From: Candidatus Multivoradales bacterium
GTDB lineage: Bacteria > Acidobacteriota > Thermoanaerobaculia > Multivoradales > Multivoraceae
Direction of reading: 5' to 3'
NCBI GenBank assembly: GCA_965223325.1
Contig: CBDCWI010000002.1
Location: 1,280,001-1,344,000 of the forward strand
Length of the DNA stretch: 64,000 bases
The notes beneath the pieces are model-generated. The model did no database searches. It was not told where the DNA came from and saw only the letters and a program-made list of their open reading frames with translations. Numbering within the stretch: position 1 is the first letter of the stretch; the number at the start of each line of letters is the position of its first letter. This document shows, in pieces, positions 27,408-36,661 of this stretch. The position numbers and the translations under genes were made by a program.

Positions 27408-27465
27408 ATAGGGCTTCTGATAGGGCTTCTGATAGAGCTTCTGATAGGGCTTCTGATAGGGCTTC
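27408..27465. repeat. 12-bp tandem repeat ATAGGGCTTCTG, ~4.8 copies
   Basis: Directly visible; one copy reads ATAGAGCTTCTG. Confidence 0.95.
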
Positions 27466-27682
27466 GAGCCTCGGTCTCGTTCGAGACCCACGACCCGGAA
27501 CATCGAAAGATGCCCTGGGCGTTACACGGCACTCTGATTGTGGCCAACCGCAGGCAAACTCGAGGTCATCTTCTGGCGACCGCTAAAAGTCGCGGCCCCT
27601 ATGGTTAGGATTCTTCTCCCGGCTGTCTACCGGCAGGAGGCGGCCTTCGTATCAACGGAGGCTGCGAGGAGGACCAAGATCG

Positions 27683-28432
27683 ATGACCACCCCAAAAAGC
27701 GAGCAGTCCACCACCACCCAGGGCCGCGCTGCGAGCGCCGGCACGGTAGCCCTGGTCGACGACGAAGCGACATTGCGCGAAACCGTCTCCTTCGCACTCG
27801 AGCGCCACGGTTTCCAGGTCGACACCTATGTCGACGGCCAGGAGGCCTGGGAACGCTTTCAAGAAGAGCTTCCCGATGTCGCCATCCTCGACGTGACCAT
27901 GCCGAGAATGGACGGGCTGGAGCTGTGCAGGCGCCTACGCTCGATCTCGGAGCGCCTGCCGATTCTCTTTCTGACCTCTCGCGACGAGGAGTTCGATCGC
28001 GTGCTCGGTCTCGAACTGGGTGCCGACGACTACCTCTGTAAGCCTTTCTCGATGCGCGAGCTCGAAGCCCGCGTCAAAGTCGTCTTCCGCCGTCTCGCAT
28101 TGTCCCGCGAGCCAATTCCCGATGACGAGACGTTGACACTCGGCGACGTCACCCTCGACCTTCAGCGGTACCAGACGCGCCTCGGCGGTGAACTCGTTCC
28201 ACTCACCATCACCGAGTTCCTGCTGGTCAAGGCCCTCGTTCAGAACCCCGGGCACGTCAAGACGCGCGCCCAGCTGATGAACGCGGCCTACGAACACGAC
28301 ACCTACGTCAGCGAGCGCACCATCGACAGTCATGTGAAACGGCTGCGCAAGAAGTTCACCGATCTAGACGCTGAATTCGACCTCATTGAAACGGTCTACG
28401 GCCTCGGCTACCGGGTGCGCACCGAAACGTGA
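27683..28432 (+). CDS. OmpR-family response regulator (ChvI-like)
   Basis: LVDDE, LDVTMPRMDG, FLTSRDEEFD, LELGADDY.CKPFS, PGHVKTR, RTIDSHVKRLRKKF, IETVYGLGY. Confidence 0.9.
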   Translation: MTTPKSEQSTTTQGRAASAGTVALVDDEATLRETVSFALERHGFQVDTYVDGQEAWERFQEELPDVAILDVTMPRMDGLELCRRLRSISERLPILFLTSRDEEFDRVLGLELGADDYLCKPFSMRELEARVKVVFRRLALSREPIPDDETLTLGDVTLDLQRYQTRLGGELVPLTITEFLLVKALVQNPGHVKTRAQLMNAAYEHDTYVSERTIDSHVKRLRKKFTDLDAEFDLIETVYGLGYRVRTET

Positions 28433-28457
28433 GGCCACGCTCTTCTCCAGTCGTCGT

Positions 28458-30053
28458 ATGACCCGCCTGGGCGAGGCACTCGAGCGCCTGCGGGTCGCTC
28501 TCTCGAGGATCTGGCTGCGCCTCCTGGCGTTCAATGTGCTGCTGGTCTTTCTGCCGCTGGCCGCAGTCTTCACGCTGCAGGTCTACGAAGATCAGCTGCT
28601 CGACCGTCAGGAGCAGGCGATGGCGCAGCAGGGGCGCCTGATCGCAGCGGCGCTCGGCGAATCAGGGCCCGTCGATGAGCGCCAGGCGCGGGAGTTGCTG
28701 CGCAAGCTCGAAGGTCGCACCCGTGCCCGTCTGCGAATCCTCGATGCCACGGGTCGCCTGCTCGCCGACACCAGTCAGCTCGGGCCGAGTTCGCCGACGG
28801 ACTCCCCGCCAGCTGCCGAGACGGAGAAACAGGACGCTCCCGAAGAGAGCCTGCTCTACCGCATCGGTGCCTCTCCGTTCCGTTTTCGCCAACGCTTCAA
28901 ACCCAGCCCTCCGGTGGCGGCCAGCGATGGCTACTCTCCCAATCAACCCTTCGACGGCCCAGAGGTCGAGCGCGCCCTCTCTGGAGCGTACGGTGCGGAC
29001 ACCCGCCTGACCCCTGGACAGCGTTCGGTGACCCTCTACAGCGCCATTCCGATTCGCGACGACCACCGCGTCGTTGGCGTGGCCCTGGTGTCGCAATCGA
29101 CGTTTTCGATCTTGCAAGACCTCTACGAAGTCCGCCTACAGGTCTTCAAGATCTTCCTGTTCTCGATCGCCGCGGCCTCGATCCTGAGCCTGGTTGTCGC
29201 GACGACCATCGCACGGCCCCTGCGGCGCCTGCGGCAGGAGACCGGCTCACTCATGGATGCCCGCGGTCGTCTGACCGGGGCGTTTGCTGAAAGCCGCCGC
29301 CGCGACGAGATCGGTGATCTGACGCGGGCGTTGCGTGAATTGTCGCGTCGGCTGGGCGAACATCAGGAACGGACTCGCAGCTTCGCAGCTGATCTGTCGC
29401 ACGAGTTCAAGAACCCGCTGGCTTCGATCCGGAGTGCCGCCGAGGTCCTTGACGTCGCCGAGAACGACCGCGAGCGCGAGCGTTTCCTCGAGATGATCAG
29501 GAGCGATACTGCGCGACTGGAGCGCCTCTTGACGTCGCTCCGCGACCTCTCGGTCATCGACGCCGGCGCCGACGCTCGTGACTCCAGCCGGATCTCGTTC
29601 GCCCGGCTCAGTGAGCCGATCGTCGAAGGATGGCGCGCGCGTCAGGGGCGCGGCCGCGAGGTTCGGCTGAGGTCCGACGGCCCGGAGCCCTGGGCGCAGT
29701 TCTCGGCCGACTATTTCGCCCAGGTCCTCGACAACCTCCTCGACAATGCGGCGTCGTTCTCGCCACCGGACGCTCCGATCGAAGTCGAGACCGCCGTCGC
29801 CGGCAACTGGTCTGAGCTCTCGGTTCGCGATCACGGTCCCGGCATCCCCGACCAGCACCTCGACCGGGTCTTCGACCGCTTCTTCACCTATCGTCCGGGC
29901 GAGGAACCTCGCGCCGACGAGCCCGACGAGCACTCGGGGCTCGGCCTGGCGATCGTCAAATCGATCATCGAAAGCCACGGCGGACAGGTCACCGTCGAAA
30001 ACGCGCAGGGCGGCGGGGCGCGCTTTACGATCCGCCTGCCCCGTGCGACCTGA
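28458..30053 (+). CDS. sensor histidine kinase (ChvG/CreC-like) with HAMP domain
   Basis: Two TMs, HAMP (DEIGDL), H-box SHEFKNPL, NLLDNA, DHGPGI, SGLGLAI. Confidence 0.9.
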   Translation: MTRLGEALERLRVALSRIWLRLLAFNVLLVFLPLAAVFTLQVYEDQLLDRQEQAMAQQGRLIAAALGESGPVDERQARELLRKLEGRTRARLRILDATGRLLADTSQLGPSSPTDSPPAAETEKQDAPEESLLYRIGASPFRFRQRFKPSPPVAASDGYSPNQPFDGPEVERALSGAYGADTRLTPGQRSVTLYSAIPIRDDHRVVGVALVSQSTFSILQDLYEVRLQVFKIFLFSIAAASILSLVVATTIARPLRRLRQETGSLMDARGRLTGAFAESRRRDEIGDLTRALRELSRRLGEHQERTRSFAADLSHEFKNPLASIRSAAEVLDVAENDRERERFLEMIRSDTARLERLLTSLRDLSVIDAGADARDSSRISFARLSEPIVEGWRARQGRGREVRLRSDGPEPWAQFSADYFAQVLDNLLDNAASFSPPDAPIEVETAVAGNWSELSVRDHGPGIPDQHLDRVFDRFFTYRPGEEPRADEPDEHSGLGLAIVKSIIESHGGQVTVENAQGGGARFTIRLPRAT

Positions 30054-30247
30054 ACCCCTCCCGAGTCCACGACGCGCCCCCCGGCCACGACACCCACCCG
30101 GGGACTCCGCCCTTGCCTCGAGAACTCCGTTCTCTTGGGTTTCAAAGCAATATTTGTTAATATCTATATTTCTCCGGGAGCGGGCCCGTAGCCCGTTCGA
30201 TCCCTCCCCCGCCCAGGAAACGGCCCGAGTCCTCACAGACGGAATCC

Positions 30248-30982
30248 ATGATCATGCTCGAACCACGCCTCGCTCTGACCTTCCTGTTGTTGGCCGGAGC
30301 CGCTTCGCTCGCCGCCGCTGACCACCTGGTGCTCATCGACGGCTCGGTCATGGAGACCAAAGGACCCTGGAAGCTCGAGGGGAACCGCGTCACCTTCACC
30401 AACTCCACCGGGGTCAAGAGCGTCGTGCGCGCATCGAACGTCGACCTCGAGGCATCACGAACCTACGAGCAGCGCATGGCCGAGGAGTACGCGCGTCGGG
30501 CAGCCGCAGCCGAGGCCGCTTCCAGCGCCATCGAGAGGCGCCCGGTCAACGTCGTAGAAGTCGCCGCGCGGCAGCCAGAGGCGCCGCACCGCCAGCAGGG
30601 AGTGATCGCCAACGAAGTCGTCATGAACGAACGGGGCAGCACCGTGGCGCTCGGCCAGCTCAGCAAGGACCTCGGGATCCGGGTCTTCCCATCTGACGAG
30701 CCCGGCGAAGCAGCGCGCCTAGAGGGCCTGACCCGTCAATACCTCAATCGCACTCTCGCCATCGTCTCGCGCTTTGACTACGAGAAGGGGTTGGGCGCAG
30801 TGCGAGATGCCGAACCGGAACTGCGTGAGGTCGCAGGGGCCGCTCGGCAAAGGGCAGCTCGCGAACCCGAGTACATTCGCGACGGTCTCGAGCAACTCGC
30901 CGATGCACTCGACCGACTCGCGACGATGGCGGTACGCAACAAACGTGGTTTCGCGAAGTTGATCGGCCCGCACGTCGGGTAG
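30248..30982 (+). CDS. hypothetical exported protein
   Basis: Signal peptide followed by ADHLVLIDG; GC-rich coding bias. Confidence 0.55.
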   Translation: MIMLEPRLALTFLLLAGAASLAAADHLVLIDGSVMETKGPWKLEGNRVTFTNSTGVKSVVRASNVDLEASRTYEQRMAEEYARRAAAAEAASSAIERRPVNVVEVAARQPEAPHRQQGVIANEVVMNERGSTVALGQLSKDLGIRVFPSDEPGEAARLEGLTRQYLNRTLAIVSRFDYEKGLGAVRDAEPELREVAGAARQRAAREPEYIRDGLEQLADALDRLATMAVRNKRGFAKLIGPHVG

Positions 30983-31020
30983 CTGGGGCAACACGCCACC
31001 TTGGTGTAGCCTCGCGCCCT

Positions 31021-31434
31021 ATGCCAACGCTACTCCGCGGTGTGCGCGGCGCAACCCGTCTGAGCGAGGACTCGCGTGAAGCACTGCTGGTCGCTACCGG
31101 CGAGCTGCTCCTCTTGATGGTGCGAGAGAACGACATCAAGCCCGAAGACGTCGCCAGCGCCTGGTTCACCACCACGCCCGATCTGGTCGCCGAGTATCCC
31201 GCACTGGCGGCGCGCAAGCTCGGTTGGAAGGACGTACCGCTGCTCTGCGCTCACGAGATGAATGTGCCCCACGGCCTCGCGCAGTGCGTGCGTATCCTCT
31301 TGCACTGGAACACAGCGGTTGCGCAGGCAGACATTCGACACGTCTACATTCGAGGCGCCGAGGTGCTGCGGCCGGACAATCTCGATCTCTATGACGTGCC
31401 GGAGGTGGCCGAGGTACCCTTCGATCTCGATTGA
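31021..31434 (+). CDS. aroH: chorismate mutase, AroH class
   Basis: RGVRGAT, FTTTPDL.AEYPA.AAR, EMNVP, HVY.RGA..LRPD. Confidence 0.92.
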   Translation: MPTLLRGVRGATRLSEDSREALLVATGELLLLMVRENDIKPEDVASAWFTTTPDLVAEYPALAARKLGWKDVPLLCAHEMNVPHGLAQCVRILLHWNTAVAQADIRHVYIRGAEVLRPDNLDLYDVPEVAEVPFDLD

Positions 31435-31451
31435 TCGGCGCAAGTTCAGAG

Positions 31452-33095
31452 CTAGTCGCGCAGCTCGGGGTACGTGTACCAGTAGGCGATCTCGGGTTCT
31501 TCCTTGGTCATCACTTCGAGTACTGCGGGACGACCTTCGCGAGTTGCGGCATGGGCACGCTCGAAGGCAGCCACCAGGTCTGTTGGATCGTCGACCCGCT
31601 CCGACCAGGCACCGAGGCCCGAGGCGACGCGCTGATAGTCACCACTCAGGTACTTGGTGCCGAAGCGCTCCGAGGCGACCGGAATGTTCTTCTCGTAGTT
31701 CCCCATCGCCTGATTGTTCAAGAGCACCGTCATGATCGGAATCTTCTCGCGCACGGCGGTCTCGAGATCCATCCCGACCATGCCAAAGGCAGCGTCACCC
31801 ATGAAGTTGACCACCAACTTGTCGGGGCAGGCGAGCTTTGCACCCATCGCACAGCCGAGCGAGAAACCGAGTTGGGTCGAGTGCCCCCAGCCGATGTAGC
31901 CGCGCGGGCTGGTGGCTTGATAGATCGGCACCAGTTGGTCGCGAGAGCCACCGGACTCATGGGTCACGATGATGTCGTCGGGATCGAAGGTCTCCATGAA
32001 GTCGGCGATCACCCGATAGGGGTTGATCGGCACTTCGTCCGAAGTCAAAAGCGGTTGCCAGCGCGCCTGCCAGACGCCGCGTCGTTCGGCGATCAGCGCC
32101 TCGACCGGACCACGCTCGCGCGACGCTCCACCCGCCTCTTCGAGCAGCGCCTCGAGGGTGAGTCGGGCGTCGCCCAGAAGTGGAACGTCGGCGCGGAAGG
32201 CAAGGTTGAGGTCCAGGGCATCCACCGTGTTGTGGATCAACCTCTTGGCGCCCGGGATGGGGGGAGCGGTGAAGTCGCGCGCCAGGCTGGCACCAAGCGC
32301 AAAAACGACATCGGCCTCCGCCAGAGCCGAGGCGGCCATCGACGTCATGCTGAAACCACCGGTGCCCAGCGACAACGGATGGTCTTCAGGAAAGCCACTC
32401 TTGCCCATCAAGGTGGTCATGACGGGGAGCGCCAACTGCTCGGCAAACCGAACCAGCTGCTCGCTGGCTCGCGACCAGAGGACACCCTGGCCGGCCCAGA
32501 TCATCGGCCGCTCGGCTTGAGAGAGGAGCTCGAGGGCAGCGCGCACGGATTCGCGGTCCGGTCCGAAGCGCGCCGCCTTGATCGGTTTGTAGTCCAGCGC
32601 CTCGCTCAATTCCTGACGCGCGACATCGACCGGAACCTCGAGCATCGCCGGGCGCGGCCGTCCAGTACGCAAGGCCGTCATCGCTTGCGCCAAGCGACCG
32701 GGCAAGGCATCGGCCGATGAGGCCAGGCCGAACCACTTGGTTGCCGCCCCGTAGCGGGGGCCGGCATCGAAGGTCGGCTGAGTGTTGACCAGCTGACTGC
32801 CCGGATGGCCGGGGAGAAACAAGACCGGGCTCGAATCCGTGTAGGCCTGGGCGATGCCCGCAAAGGCGTTCTCGACGCCCGCACTCTGCTGCACCGTCAC
32901 CACCCCTAAGCGCTCACCGTTGGTGGCCCGCGAGAAACCGTCGGCCATGTTGCCGGCAACACGCTCCTGGCGCGCCACGATCGGCCGAATCCCGGCCGCA
33001 GCCAGCGAATCGAGGATAGGCGTGAACGGAAAGCAGAACACACACTCAACGCCCTCCCGCTTGAGAATCTCAGCCACAGCCTCACCGCCACGCAT
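31452..33095 (-). CDS. thiamine-diphosphate-dependent enzyme (acetolactate synthase large subunit-like)
   Basis: RQER...MADG, GDAAFGM...NN ThDP motif; strong RBS (AGGAGGAGGT) before ATG at 33095. Confidence 0.88.
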   Translation of the reverse strand: MRGGEAVAEILKREGVECVFCFPFTPILDSLAAAGIRPIVARQERVAGNMADGFSRATNGERLGVVTVQQSAGVENAFAGIAQAYTDSSPVLFLPGHPGSQLVNTQPTFDAGPRYGAATKWFGLASSADALPGRLAQAMTALRTGRPRPAMLEVPVDVARQELSEALDYKPIKAARFGPDRESVRAALELLSQAERPMIWAGQGVLWSRASEQLVRFAEQLALPVMTTLMGKSGFPEDHPLSLGTGGFSMTSMAASALAEADVVFALGASLARDFTAPPIPGAKRLIHNTVDALDLNLAFRADVPLLGDARLTLEALLEEAGGASRERGPVEALIAERRGVWQARWQPLLTSDEVPINPYRVIADFMETFDPDDIIVTHESGGSRDQLVPIYQATSPRGYIGWGHSTQLGFSLGCAMGAKLACPDKLVVNFMGDAAFGMVGMDLETAVREKIPIMTVLLNNQAMGNYEKNIPVASERFGTKYLSGDYQRVASGLGAWSERVDDPTDLVAAFERAHAATREGRPAVLEVMTKEEPEIAYWYTYPELRD

Positions 33096-33144
33096 GCAAC
33101 ACCTCCTCCTGTACCGATGTCTTCTGCCCATCGTAGTCCCTAGA

Positions 33145-33210
33145 CCCGGGCATCTCCCGGGCATCTCCCGGGCATCTCCCGGGCATCTCCCGGGCGTTTC
33201 CCGGGCAATC
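33145..33210. repeat. 11-bp tandem repeat CCCGGGCATCT (4 perfect + 2 degenerate copies)
   Basis: Directly visible in a divergent intergenic region. Confidence 0.95.
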
Positions 33211-33420
33211 GACTGGGGTGATTCTGGTAAATCTCGGGCTTGGGCGGTCGGTGGCGGGTTCGAGATACCCTCTTGTGACTTCAAGGCGAGCGGCGCTATC
33301 CTAAACCCCTAGTTTCTGAGGTTTCCAGTGAGCTGGAAACCCCTTTGAAGGTTCCGGATTCCCCGGGAAGCCTGTTCTCTCCACGGTCTGCGATTCAAGC
33401 CACAAGAAGGGCTTCACGCT

Positions 33421-34737
33421 ATGAACGCAGAGTTCGCACAACCAGCGACCCAAGGCACTGAAACCTCGCGCCCCGAGCGCAACCCGCAACAGACCGCTAC
33501 CACGGGACGCATCGTTGTTTTTCAATTGGAGCACGCGGCGGACTTCCCGATCCGCGACGTCAGCGCCAACTTCGAAACGCTGTCGGGGTTCTCGGTACGC
33601 GAGGCGCGTGGCAATCCCCTGGCGCAGCTTGTCGAGCCGGAGTATCGTGAGCTGCTGCAAGAGAACTGGCAGTTGGAGACGCCACTGCACGGGCTTCGCA
33701 TCCCCTTGATGACGGCCGACGGCGAAAGCCGCCTGTGGCTCGAGTTCGATGCCTCGCTGGAACTCTGTCACCCGCGCGACGCCGGCAACGGGTTGCTGCA
33801 TCGCCACGCGATCGATTGCACGACGGCACACGACCAGCGAGAGACCAACCCCTGCGAGCGAGCGCTCGACCAATCGAGTCGGGCGGTGGCGATTCACGAC
33901 AACCTCGGGCAGATCCTGTGGGCCAACCGCGCCTATCTGGAGCAAACGGGCTTTGACGCCAAGCACCTGATCGGCCGCAGCGCGCCCATCGTCTCGGACG
34001 ACCGGCGCGACTTCAATCGCCGTCGGGAGGCGCTCGCCGCCGTGCATGACGGCAACCCCTGGCGCGGTGAGCTCAAGTTCGTGCGGGGCGACGGAGTGGT
34101 GCGTTGGGGTGCTGTCACCCTCGACCCGATCCGCGGCAACGACGGCCAGGTCGAGCGCTACATGTCGATGCTCGAAGACATCACAGACCTCAAAGAAGCA
34201 CAGCTCAAGCTCGAGCAAGCAGCCTTGAGCGACCCGCTGACCGAGCTTCCCAACCGGCGCGCCTTTCTCGACCGCCTTCAGTACGCGGTGGAGTCATCGC
34301 AGCGGGTTCGCCGCACGGCCGCGCTGTTCTACCTCGACCTCGATTACTTCAAGGAGGTCAACGACACTCTCGGGCATGGTGCCGGCGACAAGGTCCTCGA
34401 GACCGTCGCCCAGAGGCTGCGCCGCCGCCTGCGCACCTCTGATCTGGTATCGAGGATCGGCGGCGACGAATTCACCCTCCTGCTCTCCGACATCAAGAAT
34501 CGCGAGACCTGCGCGCGGATCGCCGAAGATCTTCTAGCCGAGGTCGCCAGACCGATCGGAACCCTCCGTTGTGACGTAACAGCGTCGATCGGAATCGCAC
34601 TGATTCCCGAAGACAGCGTCGAAGCGGACCGACTGCTTGAGAACGCCGACCATGCGCTCTACCGCGCCAAGGCCGCCGGTCGCAACCGCTACCGTTTCTT
34701 CAACGACCCGGCGCGGGCTTCGGCACCCAGCCCCTGA
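33421..34737 (+). CDS. PAS-domain diguanylate cyclase
   Basis: PAS/PAC, DPLTELPNRR, DLDYFK.VND, RTSD I-site, GGDEF. Confidence 0.92.
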   Translation: MNAEFAQPATQGTETSRPERNPQQTATTGRIVVFQLEHAADFPIRDVSANFETLSGFSVREARGNPLAQLVEPEYRELLQENWQLETPLHGLRIPLMTADGESRLWLEFDASLELCHPRDAGNGLLHRHAIDCTTAHDQRETNPCERALDQSSRAVAIHDNLGQILWANRAYLEQTGFDAKHLIGRSAPIVSDDRRDFNRRREALAAVHDGNPWRGELKFVRGDGVVRWGAVTLDPIRGNDGQVERYMSMLEDITDLKEAQLKLEQAALSDPLTELPNRRAFLDRLQYAVESSQRVRRTAALFYLDLDYFKEVNDTLGHGAGDKVLETVAQRLRRRLRTSDLVSRIGGDEFTLLLSDIKNRETCARIAEDLLAEVARPIGTLRCDVTASIGIALIPEDSVEADRLLENADHALYRAKAAGRNRYRFFNDPARASAPSP

Positions 34738-34745
34738 ACGATTCC

Positions 34746-35375
34746 GTGGCGCCCGAAGAAATCAGCCCGGGCGACGTCGACTGCGTTCTGTTCGACCTCG
34801 GGGGAGTCCTCGTCGATTTCCAGGGAGTCGAAACGCTGGCACGTTGGACCGGTGATTCTTCGGAAACGATCTGGGATCGCTGGTTGAGCTCAGAGGCGGT
34901 GAGGGCCTATGAGCGCGGGGCATGTGACACAGGAACTTTCGTCCGTGAGGTCGTCCACGAGTTCGAGCTCGACCTCGCCCCGGCGGAGTTCGCCGAAGCC
35001 TTCCAAGGTGCGATCACCGGCGTGCTGCCGGGTGCCATCGACCTGCTTCGAGAGCTCAAGGGACGCACCCTCCTCGGGTGTCTCTCGAACACCAACGACC
35101 TGCACTGGCGTCAAATGTGCGGCTGGGGTCTCGACCGACATCTCGACCGCTTCTTCCTGTCGTTCGAGATCGGCGCTGTAAAGCCCGATGCGGCGATCTT
35201 CGACCACGTCGCCCACGACCTCGCCATCCCGCGCCACCGCATTCTCTTCTTCGACGACAACCAGCTGAACGTCGACGGCGCCCGCGATGCAGGATTCAGA
35301 GCGCAGCGCGCCAATGGTCCGAACGACTGCCAAAGAGCGCTCGGAGCCTTTCTCAAAAAACCGGTTCCCGGCTGA
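34746..35375 (+). CDS. HAD-superfamily hydrolase (YihX-like)
   Basis: FDLGGVL, LSNTN, KPD, FFDD. Confidence 0.88.
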   Translation: MAPEEISPGDVDCVLFDLGGVLVDFQGVETLARWTGDSSETIWDRWLSSEAVRAYERGACDTGTFVREVVHEFELDLAPAEFAEAFQGAITGVLPGAIDLLRELKGRTLLGCLSNTNDLHWRQMCGWGLDRHLDRFFLSFEIGAVKPDAAIFDHVAHDLAIPRHRILFFDDNQLNVDGARDAGFRAQRANGPNDCQRALGAFLKKPVPG

Positions 35376-35466
35376 GCCGGCCAACAACGCTCGACCGCTC
35401 GAGGGCCGACAAAAAGGGCCATCTGTTGTACCATCCCGCCCGCGCCGTCCGGTCGAGAGGGCCCAA

Positions 35467-35541
35467 GCCGATGTAGCTCAGGGGTAGAGCAGCTGATTCG
35501 TAATCAGCAGGTCAGCGGTTCAAATCCGCTCATCGGCTCCA
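35467..35541 (+). tRNA. tRNA-Thr(CGT)
   Basis: Acceptor stem GCCGATG/CATCGGC plus TCCA; anticodon arm GCTGA-TTCGTAA-TCAGC; T-loop GGTTCAAATCC. Confidence 0.96.
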
Positions 35542-35729
35542 GCGACGCCCCGGAGAAACCTGGAACGCAAGATGGTCAGCCGCCGCCGTCGGGCTTGGTG
35601 ACCGTGACGGCAGAGTGCTCGCACACCAACCGAGCAACCAGGGGCGAGAGGCTCAAGAACGCTGGGGTCGCCACAGCGGTTCTGTTGGTGGTCGGGCTGG
35701 TTCCCGCTCTCCCAGAGAAGGTTCAGAAG

Positions 35730-35854
35730 AGTCCCGGGTCCTTGCCCTGATCCCTGCCCTCGCCTTGCCGGTCATGGCGCTGCAGGCCGGCTCGAGCGGC
35801 GGCCAACTGGTCTACGAGCATGGCGCAGCGGCGGCCTGGGCAGAAGGATCTTGA
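35730..35854 (+). pseudogene. possible 3' remnant of a membrane protein gene (DUF2231-like C-terminus)
   Basis: Frame reads VLALIPALALPVMALQAGSSGGQLVYEHGAAAAW with no credible upstream coding part. Confidence 0.3.
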
Positions 35855-35900
35855 AGCCCCAGGAACGTTGAGCGGCTCACTTGCGCAGTAGGCCTCTTCC

Positions 35901-36494
35901 TCAGTCCGGGAGGGCACAGTGCCGACGCTTGCGGCACCGTGCCAGGAAACGTTCACAGGCCGGGAAGTCACCGAGCTGATCGGAACGGTGCGCCCAGTTC
36001 AAGGTGTAGGCGACGATGATGTCGGTGACCGAAAAGGCGTCTCCGATCAACCATTCCTTCGCCTCGAAGACCTGCTCGAAGACCGCGAGTCCCGCTCTGA
36101 CCTCTCGCCCGTTGGGCCCGGCGATGTCTGGCAGGCGCTCGGCTTCGGGGTAGAACCAGGTGTGCTTCGCCGTACTCCACAGCCAGGCTTCGATCTCGGT
36201 AAGAACGAAACTCGCCCACTGCGCGTGAAGACCACGCTCGTAGGTGCCCGTCGGCGCGATGAGGCCAGCTTCGGAGTGAAGGTCGCACAGGTACTCACAG
36301 ATCGCCGCCGACTCAAACAGCGGCCTGCCGTCGATTTCGATCGCCGGCAACTTCGCCTGCGGGTGGATGCGCCGGAGCTCGGTCGTGCCGATGAGCTCCC
36401 GGTCGGCCACCGACTCGAAGTCGAGACCGAGTTCGAGCAGCGTCCAGCGAACGCGCACTGAACGCGTTGGCCCGTATTCGTAGAGCTTGATCAT
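35901..36494 (-). CDS. glutathione S-transferase family protein
   Basis: TRS.RVRW.L.ELG, P..KLP, LFESAAI..YL, FSVTDI. Confidence 0.88.
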   Translation of the reverse strand: MIKLYEYGPTRSVRVRWTLLELGLDFESVADRELIGTTELRRIHPQAKLPAIEIDGRPLFESAAICEYLCDLHSEAGLIAPTGTYERGLHAQWASFVLTEIEAWLWSTAKHTWFYPEAERLPDIAGPNGREVRAGLAVFEQVFEAKEWLIGDAFSVTDIIVAYTLNWAHRSDQLGDFPACERFLARCRKRRHCALPD

Positions 36495-36661
36495 GGCGGC
36501 TTCCTGTTGATTCAACGGTGGGGGTTTTCTCGCCACCAGTGTAGTCGGCCCGGCCTGGCTGGCCCGCACCCTGAAAGAGAACGAAACACAAAAAGGGTCG
36601 GCAACCGGGAGGCCGCCGACCCTTCCCACAGTTCGTGGCGAACTGGCGAGATCGAGAGCCT

